This document shows positions 11,686 through 25,705 of a stretch of DNA of 64,000 nucleotides, piece by piece. Source of the DNA: Vicugna vicugna (taxonomy: Eukaryota). Positions within the stretch are counted from its first letter, which is position 1; every line of letters begins with the position of its first letter. Under the pieces are notes generated by a model, which saw only the letters and a program-made list of their open reading frames with translations, searched no databases and had not been told where the DNA came from. The position numbers and the translations under genes are program-made. The DNA lies in the NCBI GenBank assembly GCA_013265495.1, contig MU058844.1, positions 9,320,184 through 9,384,183 of the forward strand, written 5' to 3'.

Positions 11686-13688
11686 AAAGACTAGCTTCTA
11701 TAGAGTAAATTAGCACTTGCTTCACAAACAGTGTGTCCATCTAAAGAAAATCATGTTTGTATGACAAAGACAGTATTGGTGTCCAAATTATAGTAAAAAG
11801 ATAACAATCAGAGGCAACCTCAGGGCCCTGAACGAGAAAACAAGAGAAAACATAATTTTAAGCAGCACTGATGTTACTCTGCAAACCCTGGTCAAGTCAA
11901 TCACAGAAAATATAACTAATTTAAAACCCAAGTATAATACCTGAGGAAACAGTTCACTAAAATTGGGGGAGAAGGACCTGTTCTTCAGAATATATAGCAT
12001 TTCCCATAGAAAGCGATATTTACCTAAAATACCCGCATTTTACTTTTAAACATGTAAGTTAATCACATATTTATAGACACACACACAAACTGTAACTTTT
12101 TAAGATGGTGACAATTTATTGGATATGACATTGAGATAATTTTCATTTAAATATGATGCTATATTAAGTTCATTTAGTTGAGAGACAGGCCTTTCAACAC
12201 AGGGAAGTAGGAAGTAGATGTTATTAAAAGAAATCTTTCCTCAAGAGATAAAAATGTACCATTTATATTCACAAGTAAAATGTATTATTACTATCTAAAA
12301 CAAAGAAGAATATGTTTCATACTTTAAAATGGAATTCTATTAGGTTTTAGAAAAAATAGTATCTCATGTTCAAAAGTTGTCTGACAGTGAGCTAGAAAAC
12401 ATTTACTAACACATTTTCTTCTCAAATAATTCTTCCAAATGAAGAAGTAAGTATCATTACTCAGAATAATCATTTTTCTCATTCCCCTTTTCTTCACAAG
12501 TGGGTTTCAATCAATATTTGGTCATTTAAAGACTATGTATTTGCAAGCAACATGAAATGGAGAATTGTTTAATCCATTTAGTTCAGGCTCAGAATAACCA
12601 CAATTTCAATAATCTCTGTGCTTTCAAGACTAATGTGATTTTCAAACTATATTTCACAGAAAATTAGTTCAATCCTACATTTCTCTATGCATATGCGCTC
12701 ATAGACTTGATAAGAAATATGTTCTTCCATTTCTTTAATATTCATATGCTACGACTTACAAGTAGATCATCAAAATTTATCACATCTTGAAAAGGATGCC
12801 TTGCTTGTTTTAAAATAGCCCTTATATTTAACAGTCAGGCCATTGTTGACAGAGAAAATAATACTACATCAAGGGGAAGTCCAAGGTCTAAAAGAATGGA
12901 AACTGTAACTGATGCCGACCATTTACTCATGACATGACTACAGCGCGTGTAATAAAAACGAAAGAGAACATATAGAAAAGAATAATTAATGACTGCCTCC
13001 ACAGTTTACCACTTTAACATCTTTCCACTCTAAGCAATAATGGTCAAGTAATAAAGACTTCCTCTTGCTTTTACTCATTGATAGTTTCTGTCAAAGGTCC
13101 TGATCCTCACGACATTTGCTATTAGGATCAGACATTTGCCTGAGAAAGTACAGGCATTTCAGAATGGATAGAGCAAGAATTCAGGGTGAAGAGGGTTGTG
13201 AGATGGACTGGAAAGGTATAGAGACTCAGCATCATATATCCTTAAGAGCCTTGTTAAGCTCTGTTAAGTTTAGATTTATCCTAAGAACAATGTGTAATAA
13301 TTCAAAAGCATTAAGTCGTTTGCAGAAGTAGGTACTTTCCTTATTCTCACAATGCAACGTTTATTGCAAGATCTAGCATTTATGACAATGGGGATAAAAG
13401 TAAATGATACGATTTGAGAAATACTTAGTGTAGATCATATCGGGGCTGACAGTTGAAGGATGCAGGGAGTAGTAGGAGGAAGGGAAGTTTAAGAATGGGT
13501 CCAAAGTTTTGGTTTTAACAACTGGTTGGAAAGTGACTTAATTCACAAAGTTGGTTCCTGGGATTGAATTAATATTCCCTGCTAAGCTTGAGGCAGGGAA
13601 ACGGGAAGCTCAAAAGTTTAAAATAGACTTTGGAGGGCAAAAGACAAAACTTACTGAAGAAATGCTACAGAAGAAAATTAAGGGGTCA

Positions 13689-13825
13689 GGTGGGTATAGC
13701 TCAGTGGTAGAGCATATGCCTAGCATGCATGAGGTCCTGGGTTCAATTCCCAGTACCTCCATTACAATAAATAAGTAAACCTAATTACGTACCCCCCAAA
13801 AATTTTTTAAAGAAAAGAAAAAGAA
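13689..13825 (+). mobile_element. tRNA-Ala-derived SINE (camelid Vic-1-like)
   Basis: GGTATAGCTCAGTGGTAGAGC...GGTCCTGGGTTCAATTCCCAGTACCTCCA followed by the family tail AATAAATAAGTAAACCTAATTAC; TSD not clearly resolved. Confidence 0.9.
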
Positions 13826-16800
13826 GTAACATACAACACCAAAGTCCTAATGGCTACCAGAGACTGTGCAGTTACAGTAAACCCATATTTGTAGTTAAGT
13901 GATTTTTCTCCAACAGAATTTACCATACTAAGATACAGGAATGAAAACAGTAAAGAATTGGATTGACCCACATCTGGAGTTCTGCCACAGAGGTGGGACA
14001 GAATAAGACGGTGTAAGACAAGTAAGGATATTAGCAAGAGAGTTGTGTTGTTCAAGTAAAGAATCTAACCAAGATAGCCAAGCGGTAAAAACAAAAGGAA
14101 CCCATCAGTAGTGACAACACATTATCAGAACCATTTAAAACTATCGTATTAAAATGACGTGTCTAAAAATGCAGACTGTCTGAAAATGTGGTTTGGTTGC
14201 ATTGTATGAAAATACTGGAGCTTTAAAACAGACACTTTGAAAGTTATGAGCCCCAATTTACATTTGATCTTGACCCTTTCCCCACCTTCCAACCACCAAA
14301 AAAGGCCAAACTCCAGGGTTCCCTCAAGCATCTATTTCCAGCTGTTCCTCACAGGTCCCCTTTCGTCCTTGGGACATTACATGATGTCCCCTTTCCCTTC
14401 TCTGTTCACCCCACCTCCCAGCTTATCCCATCTCTTTCTTACAGACACCCTCCACCTGCCTCCTCCACAGTAGCATCAACCTATGGAACACTTTAAAATG
14501 CTCAGAAAGACCTCTCAAAATCCACTCATTGGTCTCTATCCATCCCTCCATCTTCCTCTAATTGAACCTGCTTTTCTCTAGCACCAATATTTCCAATAAC
14601 TTTTAGTTTAATAGTATTCATTTTATTTCCCTCCCTAAATTCCTGAATTCTGAGTATTACAAGAATATTGACTTTATTATTTTTCTCTGCTAATGCACTG
14701 TATTCCAGCTATGTTATGTGTTAAGCGCTTTGGTAGCTAGATGGGAACACAAGCACCACTCAGAAAAGAACCACTCAGAGATATATGGGGAACTACCACA
14801 CGGATTTCAATTAAAGGGCTCTCAAATGAATTGTTAAAGCATAGCTCCATTCAAAGTGGATTACTTTCTGTATGCTTCCTAGAGCATTTCTAAAGGAAAT
14901 ACGCCAAGTCCTGAAGCAAGTTTTATTATGTTTTCAGAAATATAACCTACCTGGACTAAAGTGGAATAGAAAATTTCGCTACTAGAGAAGTCACTTTTCA
15001 CAATTTTGCACTCACATGTCTTTATACAGAAGTTCTAAAAAAATCTAGCATAATGTGGATGTTAACCACATACACATTTTTCCAAATTTATGTTTAAAAA
15101 GATACAGAGCTACTACGCTCTATTAATAAGGAACATTTAATTCAATACAAATTAATGTAAGTCATCTAATTATGGCTGTATTCTTCAGTGAACATAAAGG
15201 TTATGACAGCAATTATTGTTCTATCTATTTGCTCATATAGTTATAAACAGTGCAAAATGTAAAACAGAGTTATTTTAAAACAACTACTATGTGGCTGCCA
15301 TAAACACCATATTAAAAAATTAGTGGAGAATATATTTTTTAAGTGGCATTAAGTCATGCTGTCAATTAAAGCCAGAGTCCCTTCTCTTGGTCTAATAAAT
15401 TGTTTAATGTTTGTGATTCTCACAGTGGGGCCTGTGGAAATATTCTCAGGGTCCATGAGTTCCCTATGAGAATTTTTAAACTTTGTGCTTTAATTTTGCT
15501 GACAACTTTTAAAACCTAATAAAGCAAAGCATATTCTGGATTATATGAGCACTCATGCAATTTCACTGTATTCATTTGTATTTTTTTTCTTATGATCTCA
15601 TGCATATTAAGTAAAAGCCAGATGCCACGGTGCATTATATAATAAAAGGCTTTACAGAATCAAAAGCGCTACTATGTAACTAGAAAACTGAGGCATCACA
15701 GAGAACATGCTGCCAAACTCAAAGGACCCCAGGCCATAGCACTCAAACCAGAAGCATGTTGCAATCAGCCATTTAGTTCAACCCTGACATCCCCCTCACT
15801 ATATGAAATCAATACTGTCAATCTTAGCTTGACTGACTTTGTACATTTGTTTTGATCCTATTTATAAATCATATATGGCTTTATATATGTATTGAGCTGT
15901 AAAGAGAAGATATTAAAACCTAGTTTTAATTGCACATTAAAATAAATATGATTTAAGTCAATACAAAAAGTATGTAAGAATGCTTTTTCTTTCTGGATTG
16001 TTTTTATGTCTCACAATTTTGAGAGGGAAAAAAATGGTTTCTTTGATTATTTTCTCATAAAGAAAGACAAATATAAAAGAAGTAAGAGATGTCAACAGGA
16101 ACCTTGCAACATTTAGATCAATCCTGCACTGATGATTTAATCGATGCTTTAACTAAACAAACACACCCAGCATTTTTACAGCTATTACATAAACATGACA
16201 ACTACTCTGGGTACACCAATCCCACTTCCCAGAACTTGCCTGTGTCCTGTTAACCTTTATGGTTTTGCTGGTCAGTATATCCAAAAAGTCAATCAATACA
16301 CACAAAAGTCTCATAGAGAAATTGCTAAATACCCCAGGAGTGGAATAAGGACATGAGATCATTGCAATGGGCAATGGTTGGGTCTATTCCCAACAGTATT
16401 AACATCACTCAAAATAAAAGAGCCATACAAATATTTAAAAAATCAAAAATTCACAAATATAATGCATCAATAGTAACTAATAAAGCAACATAGATCATCA
16501 CACAAGCCAAGAATTTATCATAAATATCCATAAATATATCAAATTTCCCGTAAAACTATATATGATAAAGGTAACATAATTCAGCTTTGTAATGGAAACA
16601 AAATTACCTTACATCAAGTACAGCATGAGCAAATGAACAATTTCCCCAAGATCTCTAATCTTCTCAATAATTCTACTGAATGCAACACACATTGATTTAC
16701 TAAAATTTATTTTACATAATTATTACAAATGGCAAAAATGTGAGCATAAAACTGTCAAATGGATTAAACTAATATTAATAGCATTATTTCCCATGTCTAT

Positions 16801-17774
16801 ACATTTATGGATTTCAAGAAGTTTTATATGAAAAATATTTCATCTCATACACATCTCATATTTGTATTTGCATCATTTAAGCCAATTAATGCCTTCAATT
16901 TATGTTAATTAGCTTTATCCTCTACTTGCTATGAAAATTATGTCAGGTCAAATAATTTTCTAGTTTCATGCATTTATTATTAAAGGTCAGAAACTGAAAG
17001 TTGATGTACTCAGCTGTCCTCAAGTTGCTGACCATACATATAACACGTGCAGGTGCTATTCAACAGACAAAAGAGTAATTGTTACCAATTCCTCACACTT
17101 TTCACCTGCAGAAACATATTTTTTCTTTTTCTGCTCTGTCCCTCCTTGACTTTAATAACTGTCTGTCTCTCTCTCCTTTATTCTTCAACAATCTTTCTAC
17201 TTGGTTTCCCATTTAATTCATCTTGTTGGCCTAATTTAGACCTATAAAGACAGTTCTGCCTTCACAGTGCTCACCTGCATCACTAACTATGTCAGACCCA
17301 ACTCTTGGACAAATCCCTCCCTTCAGGGACACCTGGAGGGAGGCCACCTGTATAGAGGTCCCATATGTCTTTCTTTCATGACCTAACTAATGCATCACTT
17401 CCCAAGGAAAGCCTTCTCTGAACCACCAGGGCCAGGTTGCTCTCTCCTTCCTCTGCGCTGCAAATGCACAAAACTTTATTGTTATATTATACACAATTAC
17501 TTTTGCATTTTTCTCACCAGGCAAACTAAGAACTCCTGGAGGGCAGAAATCATATTTTATTCATCTTTCTGGCCCACTGCCTAATACAAGAAACATTCAA
17601 TGTATGTCTTCCTTCTCTATTTCTTGCATATCACCTATGAGACCTTGTTTTCAGCTATTATTTGTCTCCCTGAACAATTATTTATTGTCAAATAAAATGT
17701 CAATTATTTATTGACATTAACAGGTTACAATTATTTACATATAAAATCTGGTATTTATTTTGCCTACTAAATGA

Positions 17775-18160
17775 AAAAGTATTTGTGGTAGAAACTCCTA
17801 ATTGGTCATCTGAACCCATCCAGCTACACTACATTGTCTAGGCTTCCTTGGAGCTGGTCACCGAATAGGATGGATAGGGAGGTCATGGATGACATTTCTG
17901 ATTATGGGCTTTAAAACATAGAAGGTCTGATCCTCTACATCCTCTTCCACCATCCCAAGAGTTGGGACACACATGACTTGGCCTCAGCCTCGGCAATGCA
18001 GATGAGGACAATGAACCAGGGAATGAAGGTGCAGTAACATTTAATCTGAGTCATGACAAACTGAACCTCATCATCTCTTGAAAGAAACGTATTTTAAAAA
18101 TTTTAAGTCACTATATTACTTGGTATCTTTGTTTCAGCAGCTTAGCCTTCAACCTAAAAT
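17775..18160. mobile_element. Degraded MaLR (MLT1-type) LTR
   Basis: Begins TGTGGTAG and ends with the MLT1-like 3' segment ttaagtcactatattacttggtatctttgtttcagcagc; boundaries approximate. Confidence 0.5.
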
Positions 18161-20779
18161 TTAAAAGATTTTTGTTTAATATATCAATCATTAGGCAAAT
18201 GTTTAATGATGATAACTATTCAAATACTTTTTTTGGAATATAACTGAAAGAAAGAGAACTAAAGCACTTTTAACAAAGAGTCTTATTCTCCAAGAATTCT
18301 GTTTGAAATGATACAGAAACCTCCCCTCATGGTACTACACAAAAGCACCTCAAAAGATGGAGAGCAAGCAGAGTATCTACCGGTGACTGCTTTCCAATAG
18401 GCTGAATGAGACTTTTCTCAATTCAGTAGGTGTAGCCAGAGATCCAAGGTAGAACACATAAATGGAATAGCTTCCAGAATTCTATGGCACAAACCCAATC
18501 TTAACCTTTAAGATTAAAGGTTAAGGCACATGCTGCTATTGTTAAGGTGATTTAAGCTAAGTGGTGCCCATTCATTTCCCTCCTGGACCACTTGTCATCT
18601 CCTGGTTTCCAATGTTGCCCACTATGCTCTCCTATCCTTCAGAGACACCAGAGTGATTCCTTTAATAATATGGAGCCTATAGTCATAGTTAGAATAAAAT
18701 ATAGTCTTCACTATGGCCTGTAAATTACTACATGACTTGACTTCTAGATACTCCCCATTCTCACCTTCTACCACTCATCTCTCATCACCAGCCTGCTGGC
18801 TCTCCACTGTGGTCCAAGTCTATTCGTACTTCCAGCCTTTCTCTAATAGAATTTTCATCCAAATGTTCACATGGTCCCTCCCAGCCTTTATTTGAGTCTA
18901 TCTCACTGGGTCATCTCCCCAGGGATAAGTGAATTTTCTACAAACCTATAAAGTCAGCCCAAGTCACTCTCTTGCCTTATATTTTTCTTCACTTAAACTG
19001 TGTTATCTTTTCACTTATATTGTATCATATTTTTATTCATGACATATCTCCCCAATTAGAACGCAACCTTCCTGTGGGCAAAGACTGTATTGTTCACTAC
19101 TGCAATCCATGGCATCCAGTAGTGTCGATATCTATTAGGTGTCCTAAAAGTATGTTTTGAATAAATAAATAAATAAATTTGGCTCCATCATCATTTTAGT
19201 CCAAGAAAATAAATTCAAAGCACATAGTCTGCTGATTTCATTGAGTTAACTTTCAGAAACATCAGAGGTGAATCATCCCAAAGATAAGACAAATCATCCA
19301 ATAAGAACCTAACAATAAATGACAGAAACAAATTCATTAAGCAAATGTAAAGAATAAAAACTATGGGCCGGACTTCCACGTTTCCAAACTGGCCAAGTAA
19401 GGTAAATGGCTGAAGCAGAGCTTTAGATGCAGAAAGATATAAGCCTTCACAGCCACACAATGCATGAAAATAAGGAATATTCTCACCTTATTAAAATTTT
19501 TAAATTTCCCAATGTAAAAAAAAATTGCAATGTGGAGACAAGTGATATTTCTGGAAATAATTATTTCTCTTAGACAAGGATTACATTTTTTTTTTTACTT
19601 TTGAATGAAAGAGCTATTAAATGTTCTATTCGTGAATTCATTCAGTCTGTAGTATGAGCTTAAGCTCTGAGGCCTGTATTAGGCACTGCATACATAAAAT
19701 AAACAAACAAACAAATTAATTAATTAATTAAATATTCTATTCTCTCAGAGCTTTTACTCTGGTCAGGAAGTACATTAATAAATAAGTAGGTACACCAATA
19801 ATATACACTAAGTAATATACTGAGTAATATAGTAATACAGTAAGTAATAGAAAAAGCAAGAATGAGCCAGTGCTGGGAGGAAGTATAAGTATATACGTAA
19901 AGTAGTCTGGACTTCAAAGTTTGGTGAGATAACATCTAGCATTAGGGGAAGTGAAAAGAAGTGAATTTACACTTCAAACAGTAATCCTGCTTTCAGAAAC
20001 AACGTAATCTCTCTAAAAATCTGACTGAGAAAATTCAAGGGGATTGTTTGTCTTGTTGCTATTTTGAATTGCTGCAAAAATTATCTTCAGATAATTTCGT
20101 TTTGAATACAGAGCTGTGAACATGGAAAAAGGAAGCTAGGAAATACCAAGATGATGTTTTCTCATGTTTTTCTTCCATTACTATCTATTTAAATTGGTCG
20201 AATACTTATCTTCTTTATATGGAGTACTTTCAGAATTAACCTTAAATTTCATTAATTGAAAAGTTGCTCAAATAAGGTTCCAGTTACAATTTTGATTAAA
20301 ATTTGAATCAACAGTTGGTTTACACCCATCTTCAATTTCCAATGAAACGTAAGTGTTTCTGGGAAACCACACCACGTTGCTTTGCAGTGTACAAATTAGT
20401 TCACAAAAATAATGAGGCTTATGGGAAAATTAGGTTAAGCCAGACCACTCAAAAATCAACATAACTACAGACTTTTAAAGTTAATAAAAGTACTAACAAC
20501 ACAGCATCACCTTCATTAGATCATTTACAGTCTTAACCCTGGGTCTCATGCTTCCTGCTTTAAGATATTCTTCTGGAAGGCATTTGCTTCCTAATTTCCT
20601 TCCAAGGATATCTAGTCAAGACTGGAAGACTGTAGATTTTGTCATTAATTAATTTTAAAACAGAGGACAATGTCCTCATCTTTAGATTCTTAAAACCACT
20701 TAAGCATCAACACTTGCACTTAAAGAATCTTCATTTTTTCTCCTTAAGGTTTCCAAATATTGATAAGGTATCCTCTTCA

Positions 20780-21597
20780 ACTGTGAGAAAGTCTCTCACC
20801 AAAACTTGCTAACATGGTAACAATCCAATAGGAAAAAGAATGGATGAAAGGTATGAATGGGCACTTCTGGAAAGTCGAACAACAAATGGCCCACAAGCAC
20901 AGGAAAAGGAGCTCAACTGCACTGGCCACAAGGAAATTAAAGCTACAAGGCAACAGCACTGCACATTCACTCGAAGGGCTCAAATTAAAAAAGACTTGGT
21001 ATTGTCAACACCAAGTGTTGGCAACTGGCATTCTCATACACCACGAGTGGGAATGTAAGTTGGTACAACTACTCTGGAAAATTGTTTAGCCCTATCTATG
21101 TAAACCAAGCATATGCCTGCCCTATATGTCAGCCATCTCACTCCTAAGCACATCCCCAAAACAAATGCACATACATTGCCACCAAATTTTGTGCACATAT
21201 ATATTCATATCAGCATTATTCGTAATAGTCCCCAAACTAGTCATGATGCAAGTGACCAAAATACAATCTCCTGCAACGAAATGGAAGAATCTGAAAAACA
21301 AAAAGTTGAATGAAAAGAAAGCCAAACACAAATGAGTACATAGTATTATGCAGTTTATACAAAGTTTTAAAAAGCAAGTAAAGCTCATCACAGATGGTGT
21401 TTAGACGTCTGAATAACAACCATATGAGTGCTGAGAAATGACCAAAGGGAGGTGTGAGTCCTTCTCAAGGTGGGAATATTCTGTCTCCTGGTCTGGTGAC
21501 ATGGATGTGTTCTGTTTGTGAAAATCTAACAAGTTTATACTGATGACCTGTGCACTAATTTAAATGTATATTACATTTCAGTATAAATTTTAAAAAC
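20780..21597 (+). mobile_element. Old L1 (L1M-type) 3' fragment
   Basis: Degenerate ORF2 C-terminal peptide (MNGHFWK..QMAHKH.KR.ST.L...WECKLVQLLWK), then an L1M-like 3' UTR and A-rich end; multiple stops and frameshifts. Confidence 0.85.
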
Positions 21598-22724
21598 TGC
21601 ATGCTAGGAAAACACATGAACCATTACAAATTCGATCTCATTCTAGCCTCATTCATTGATTTGCCAAGCATGGAAAAGGTAATTTACCTGACAGAGACAC
21701 CGCTTTCTTAGTGGCGCAGACTGTAACACAACTGAAGTACTTATTGCTTATTTAGGAAGTTTAAGGAAAGAAAACTAATCATATGCACAGTTGTACATTT
21801 TCTCCTCAACAAGGCAAACTCTGGTGGGGCTGAATGTCTGCATGTTCTGATTTTTGTGTTTTAGGGTTTTGCCTCAGGAAATATTGATGATGTGACAGAC
21901 AAAAAAATATCAGATTATCCTACCCTGACATGTTTCTGAGAAGATGGACTTCACATTTTGAAAAGAGCTCCCTAAAGGGCAGGGGTTGGAGAAAGGACTT
22001 CTCATGGGTCATGGCCCCTGATTTCAGAGTAATTTTCTTCTCTAAATTATTCAGTCCTCATAATTACAGTCACTGCCATAATTATATTTCAAAAATTACC
22101 TTAATAGAGATAATAGACACTTTCAGTTTGAATTAAATCAGGAGAACTTAGTACATAGTAGGTTTTACCAAATTTCCCTGTGTATGTATATATATGTATT
22201 TATGAAAATTTCTGAAATGCTCTTTAGGGGTTCATATTTTTATTTAGTGAATAGATACATAAAAATTCATAATTGCTTGAATACCTGAAAAAGCAAACTC
22301 ACCACATACAGAGGTAAATTCAAAATAAAATTAGATATGGAGAAAATAAACTCAAAGTAGGAATTTCTAAAAATGATGAATACTGTATACAATCTATACA
22401 CACACTTGCAAACATAAACTTACACACACTCCTTTATTTCACTGAGGTTTGGTATAACAACTAACTTGAAAAGAGCTCAGAGAAGAACACAATAAACACA
22501 TGTCTCCTGGAATGCAGATCTGAGTTGTAGGTGCGGGAAATTCAAGGAAGAAATATTCATCTTGATCCACTGAGCGAAATATAAATAAACTCAGTTTCTT
22601 CACAGTTGGTGAGAAGTGAGAAACTACTGGGAAAGAAGATCAAGTCCTACTACTGACACCAAAGATAAGCAGTTCCTGCCATAAAAGCAGCTAGAGTCAC
22701 TTAGAAATTCTAAATGGTATTTCA

Positions 22725-23660
22725 TTCATTCACTCATCATTCAACAAACGTTTACTACATGCCAGGCACTATCCTGTGACCAAACAAAAATCCCTACCCT
22801 CTTGGAACTGACATTGTAGAAAGAAACAACACTAAAGACAGATGAATAAAATACAAAGGATGGGACTGAGTAATAAACGGTTAAATTTTTAAAAGAAAGC
22901 AGAAAAGGGAAGCATGAAGTCTGGCTGGGAAGCTCTGTATTTAACGTGGCCAAGGAAGATCTCACTGAGAAAGCAGCAGCATCCGGGTACCAGGAACCCT
23001 AAGATGTCTGGAAGAACCACCCCAAGCAGAAGGCAGGCAAGTACAAGGGCTGTAAGGTGGGAGGGGCGTAAGCGGGGAGAGCTGATGGCAAGAGGTGGGG
23101 GAGGGGTGCGCAGTGCAGTGGGGCTGGGAAGTAGGTCACGGGAGCCAGACCACACAGAACCACAGCTCACAGGCAGGGGCACTGGCTCTTGTTCTCTTCC
23201 TTCCACTGCCCTCAGGATAAAGTACAAATCCATAGTGTGGCACTGAGAGTCCCCGAGTCTGGCTCGCTGGAGCCCAGTCTCCTTCCCCCGCTGCTGCTGC
23301 GCTAACGCTGAAGCCACCGTGCAGGCCCTGGATTCCCTCCTCCCAGCACCTCTGCATGTGCCATGCCTTCTGTCCCCAGGACCCGCCCTCTCCTCACCGT
23401 GTCTCTCCCCACTTTTGGTGCTTTGGGCTAATTTTAGACACTGACTCTCCCAAAAGCCTTCCCATGCCCTATGCTGAGTTAGGTGCCTTCCCATGTGTTT
23501 CCACAAAATGTAACACACAATATAACAATACCCCGCAGAACCTCTGTTATGTTTTCATGGTTTTTTAACTCCTTAAAAAGAAACAACGAGCCCATTTACC
23601 CGGACCCCTTGTTCCTAACAGGGTTTGGGTACAAAACAAGTTTGTGTTGAATGCAGCAAG
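22725..23660. mobile_element. Two back-to-back L2 fragments in opposite orientations
   Basis: L2 terminus cattcattcactcatcattcaacaaacgtttact...tgccaggcact at 22725, purine-rich body to about 23230, then an oppositely oriented piece ending tttgtgttgaatg near 23650. Confidence 0.6.
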
Positions 23661-25494
23661 AGATCTTGAATCAGGCCAAATCTCTCTACAAAAAAATCTT
23701 AATAGAGGGGTGGTTTAATTATCAGCTTTGCATAAAAAGATGACAGTTTGGGAAAAGTTCTACTTCTGTATCATTCTGTAAAATCACCAGATCCTTCATG
23801 CCACTGAAACACTTCAGCCTAAAATTTCTTGGTTCACTAACTAAGCAAGAAATGCTAACTTAAGTTTTACCTAAGAAGAAACTCCCAACAGAAATGAGAC
23901 AGGGGAGATTAACACAAGTACAAAGGCACTTCTTTTTGTTTGTTCTCAACAGCATTACCCATTAAATCTTTCTTTCTCGGTCCTCTCTACTTAATAAAAT
24001 AAAAGCCACAGGGAAACAGGAGAGGTAATCAAAGTGGAGCACAATGCCTCCCTCTTTCCTAACAGTCCTTCCTTTAGTACTTCAGAGAAGAAAAGCCTGG
24101 GGAATCTGAAGCTGTCAGCAGGTGAGAGAAATAGGCCTTTTAAGTACTTTGATGTCAGGCTAAACTGAAACCAATGAACCAGCACAAACCTCAAAAGGGT
24201 CTGAGTCTAGATTCAATATTAGAAAATCAAGATGAGTTAGCAGAATGGTTTCTAAGCAAAATAGATGGTGTATTTATCATATGCACATATTGATTAAAAA
24301 GAAAACAACAGAAAATGAGAACAGCAACAACCATTATTTAACTGTTCCTATTTTATGTTTCTAAAGCATTTTCTTTGACTCTGATGCTTGGTTGTAACAT
24401 CATTAAATTCAATATGGTGATATAGACACCATTTTTATAATGTATCAGTAAGCTTCCTAATCAGTATATCAATCCAGTATCTTAATATTAGCCTGTCTTA
24501 ATTATTAATAAAGGTGACTGTGGTAATACGCTCAAATCATTGGATTAAGCTTTTAAACATAGACTAAAATTAGTTACCTAAAGTTAAAAATGCAACCTAT
24601 AATAAAACACAAAGTGTAACAAGTTATCAGGAAATTAATGCTATCTCATAACAAAACATGCCTCAGATGAATAACAAGGTCACTTGGTAACAGTTTCTTT
24701 CCTCCTCAGCCCCAGTGTGAGCTCTCTCTCTCTCTGTATAATTCATCCTGAAAATACACAGTTCCCACTTACAGAACAATGAAAAGTTCCCAACAGTATA
24801 CTTGCCACATTAATTTTCCTTTGTTCTGTAGTCTGCTACCCAACATTTGAACTCCCTTCTTGCTGGATTAGAATTCCCCTAGTATGAGTCCTAGGAGGAG
24901 TCCATTCCTACCATGAAATCAAAACACAACAAGACATTTCCTCGCCAGTATCTGGTACATTAGGCATGAAACCTGAATCTAGCCAACTAGATGTTCCTAC
25001 TCTTGTCAATCTAGAAGTCAAGTCAGCAGGTCTAGTTACCAGACAATTTGTGGCTTCTCCTTAACTCTCCACCACTGCCTCTTCTTCCTTGGGGTGTGCC
25101 CTTTTTTCTCAGCCTAGTTCTTAAGTCTTCCCTGTTCATAAATTCCTCTTATATTCAAATCAGCTGAAGTTAGAATTTGTTGCTGCCGCCAGGCTGATAC
25201 CCAGCCTGAGCAAAACCACCTCGTTTTCCTTCTTGAGTGTTTTGTAGCAACTCAGGGTTGGGGCAGTAATTGCTGCGTCTCATTTGCCTCTCTCGAAATC
25301 TCTTAGCAGGCTAAAGAGGAATACTGCTGATGCAAAATGGATATAGCTCCAGAGAGTCAGGAGAGTTGACCAAATGCTCTAAAAATTGAATGGAAACCCT
25401 AAATGAGCTTTTTTATAAGGCAAAATAAAAGAATTCATTCAAAAAGCCTTCTTACAAAGCAAAGGCTTCTAAACCCTAGCATGCTCTGCTCAAC

Positions 25495-25705
25495 TAGTGG
25501 TTCTCAACTAGTGGTGACCTTGCCACCCCAGGGATATTTCAGCAGCATTTGTAGACATTTTTGATCATTACGACTGGAAGAGTAGTGCATATAATGGGTA
25601 TAATGGGTGGAGATGAGGAATGCTGCTAAATATCCTAAAATGTAAATAACAGTCCCCTGAAATGAAGAATTACCTGGCCTAAAATGTCAACAGCGTCAAG
25701 GCTAT
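25495..25705. mobile_element. MER20-like hAT-Charlie element
   Basis: AGTGGTTCTCAAC...CCCCAGGG...GACATTTTTG...ATGCTGCTAAA.ATCCTA.AATG...AAGAATTA.CTGGCC.AAAATGTCAA.AG, the MER20 motif series. Confidence 0.8.

Noticed and set aside
17675..17718. Short tandem/hairpin AATGTCAAT-TATTT-ATTGACATT (and the small duplication at 3982-4017)
   Set aside because: Short AT-rich slippage-type features with no sign of function.
22889..23518. 209-aa minus-strand ORF
   Set aside because: Lies wholly within L2 remnants, with no recognisable domain or convincing exon structure.
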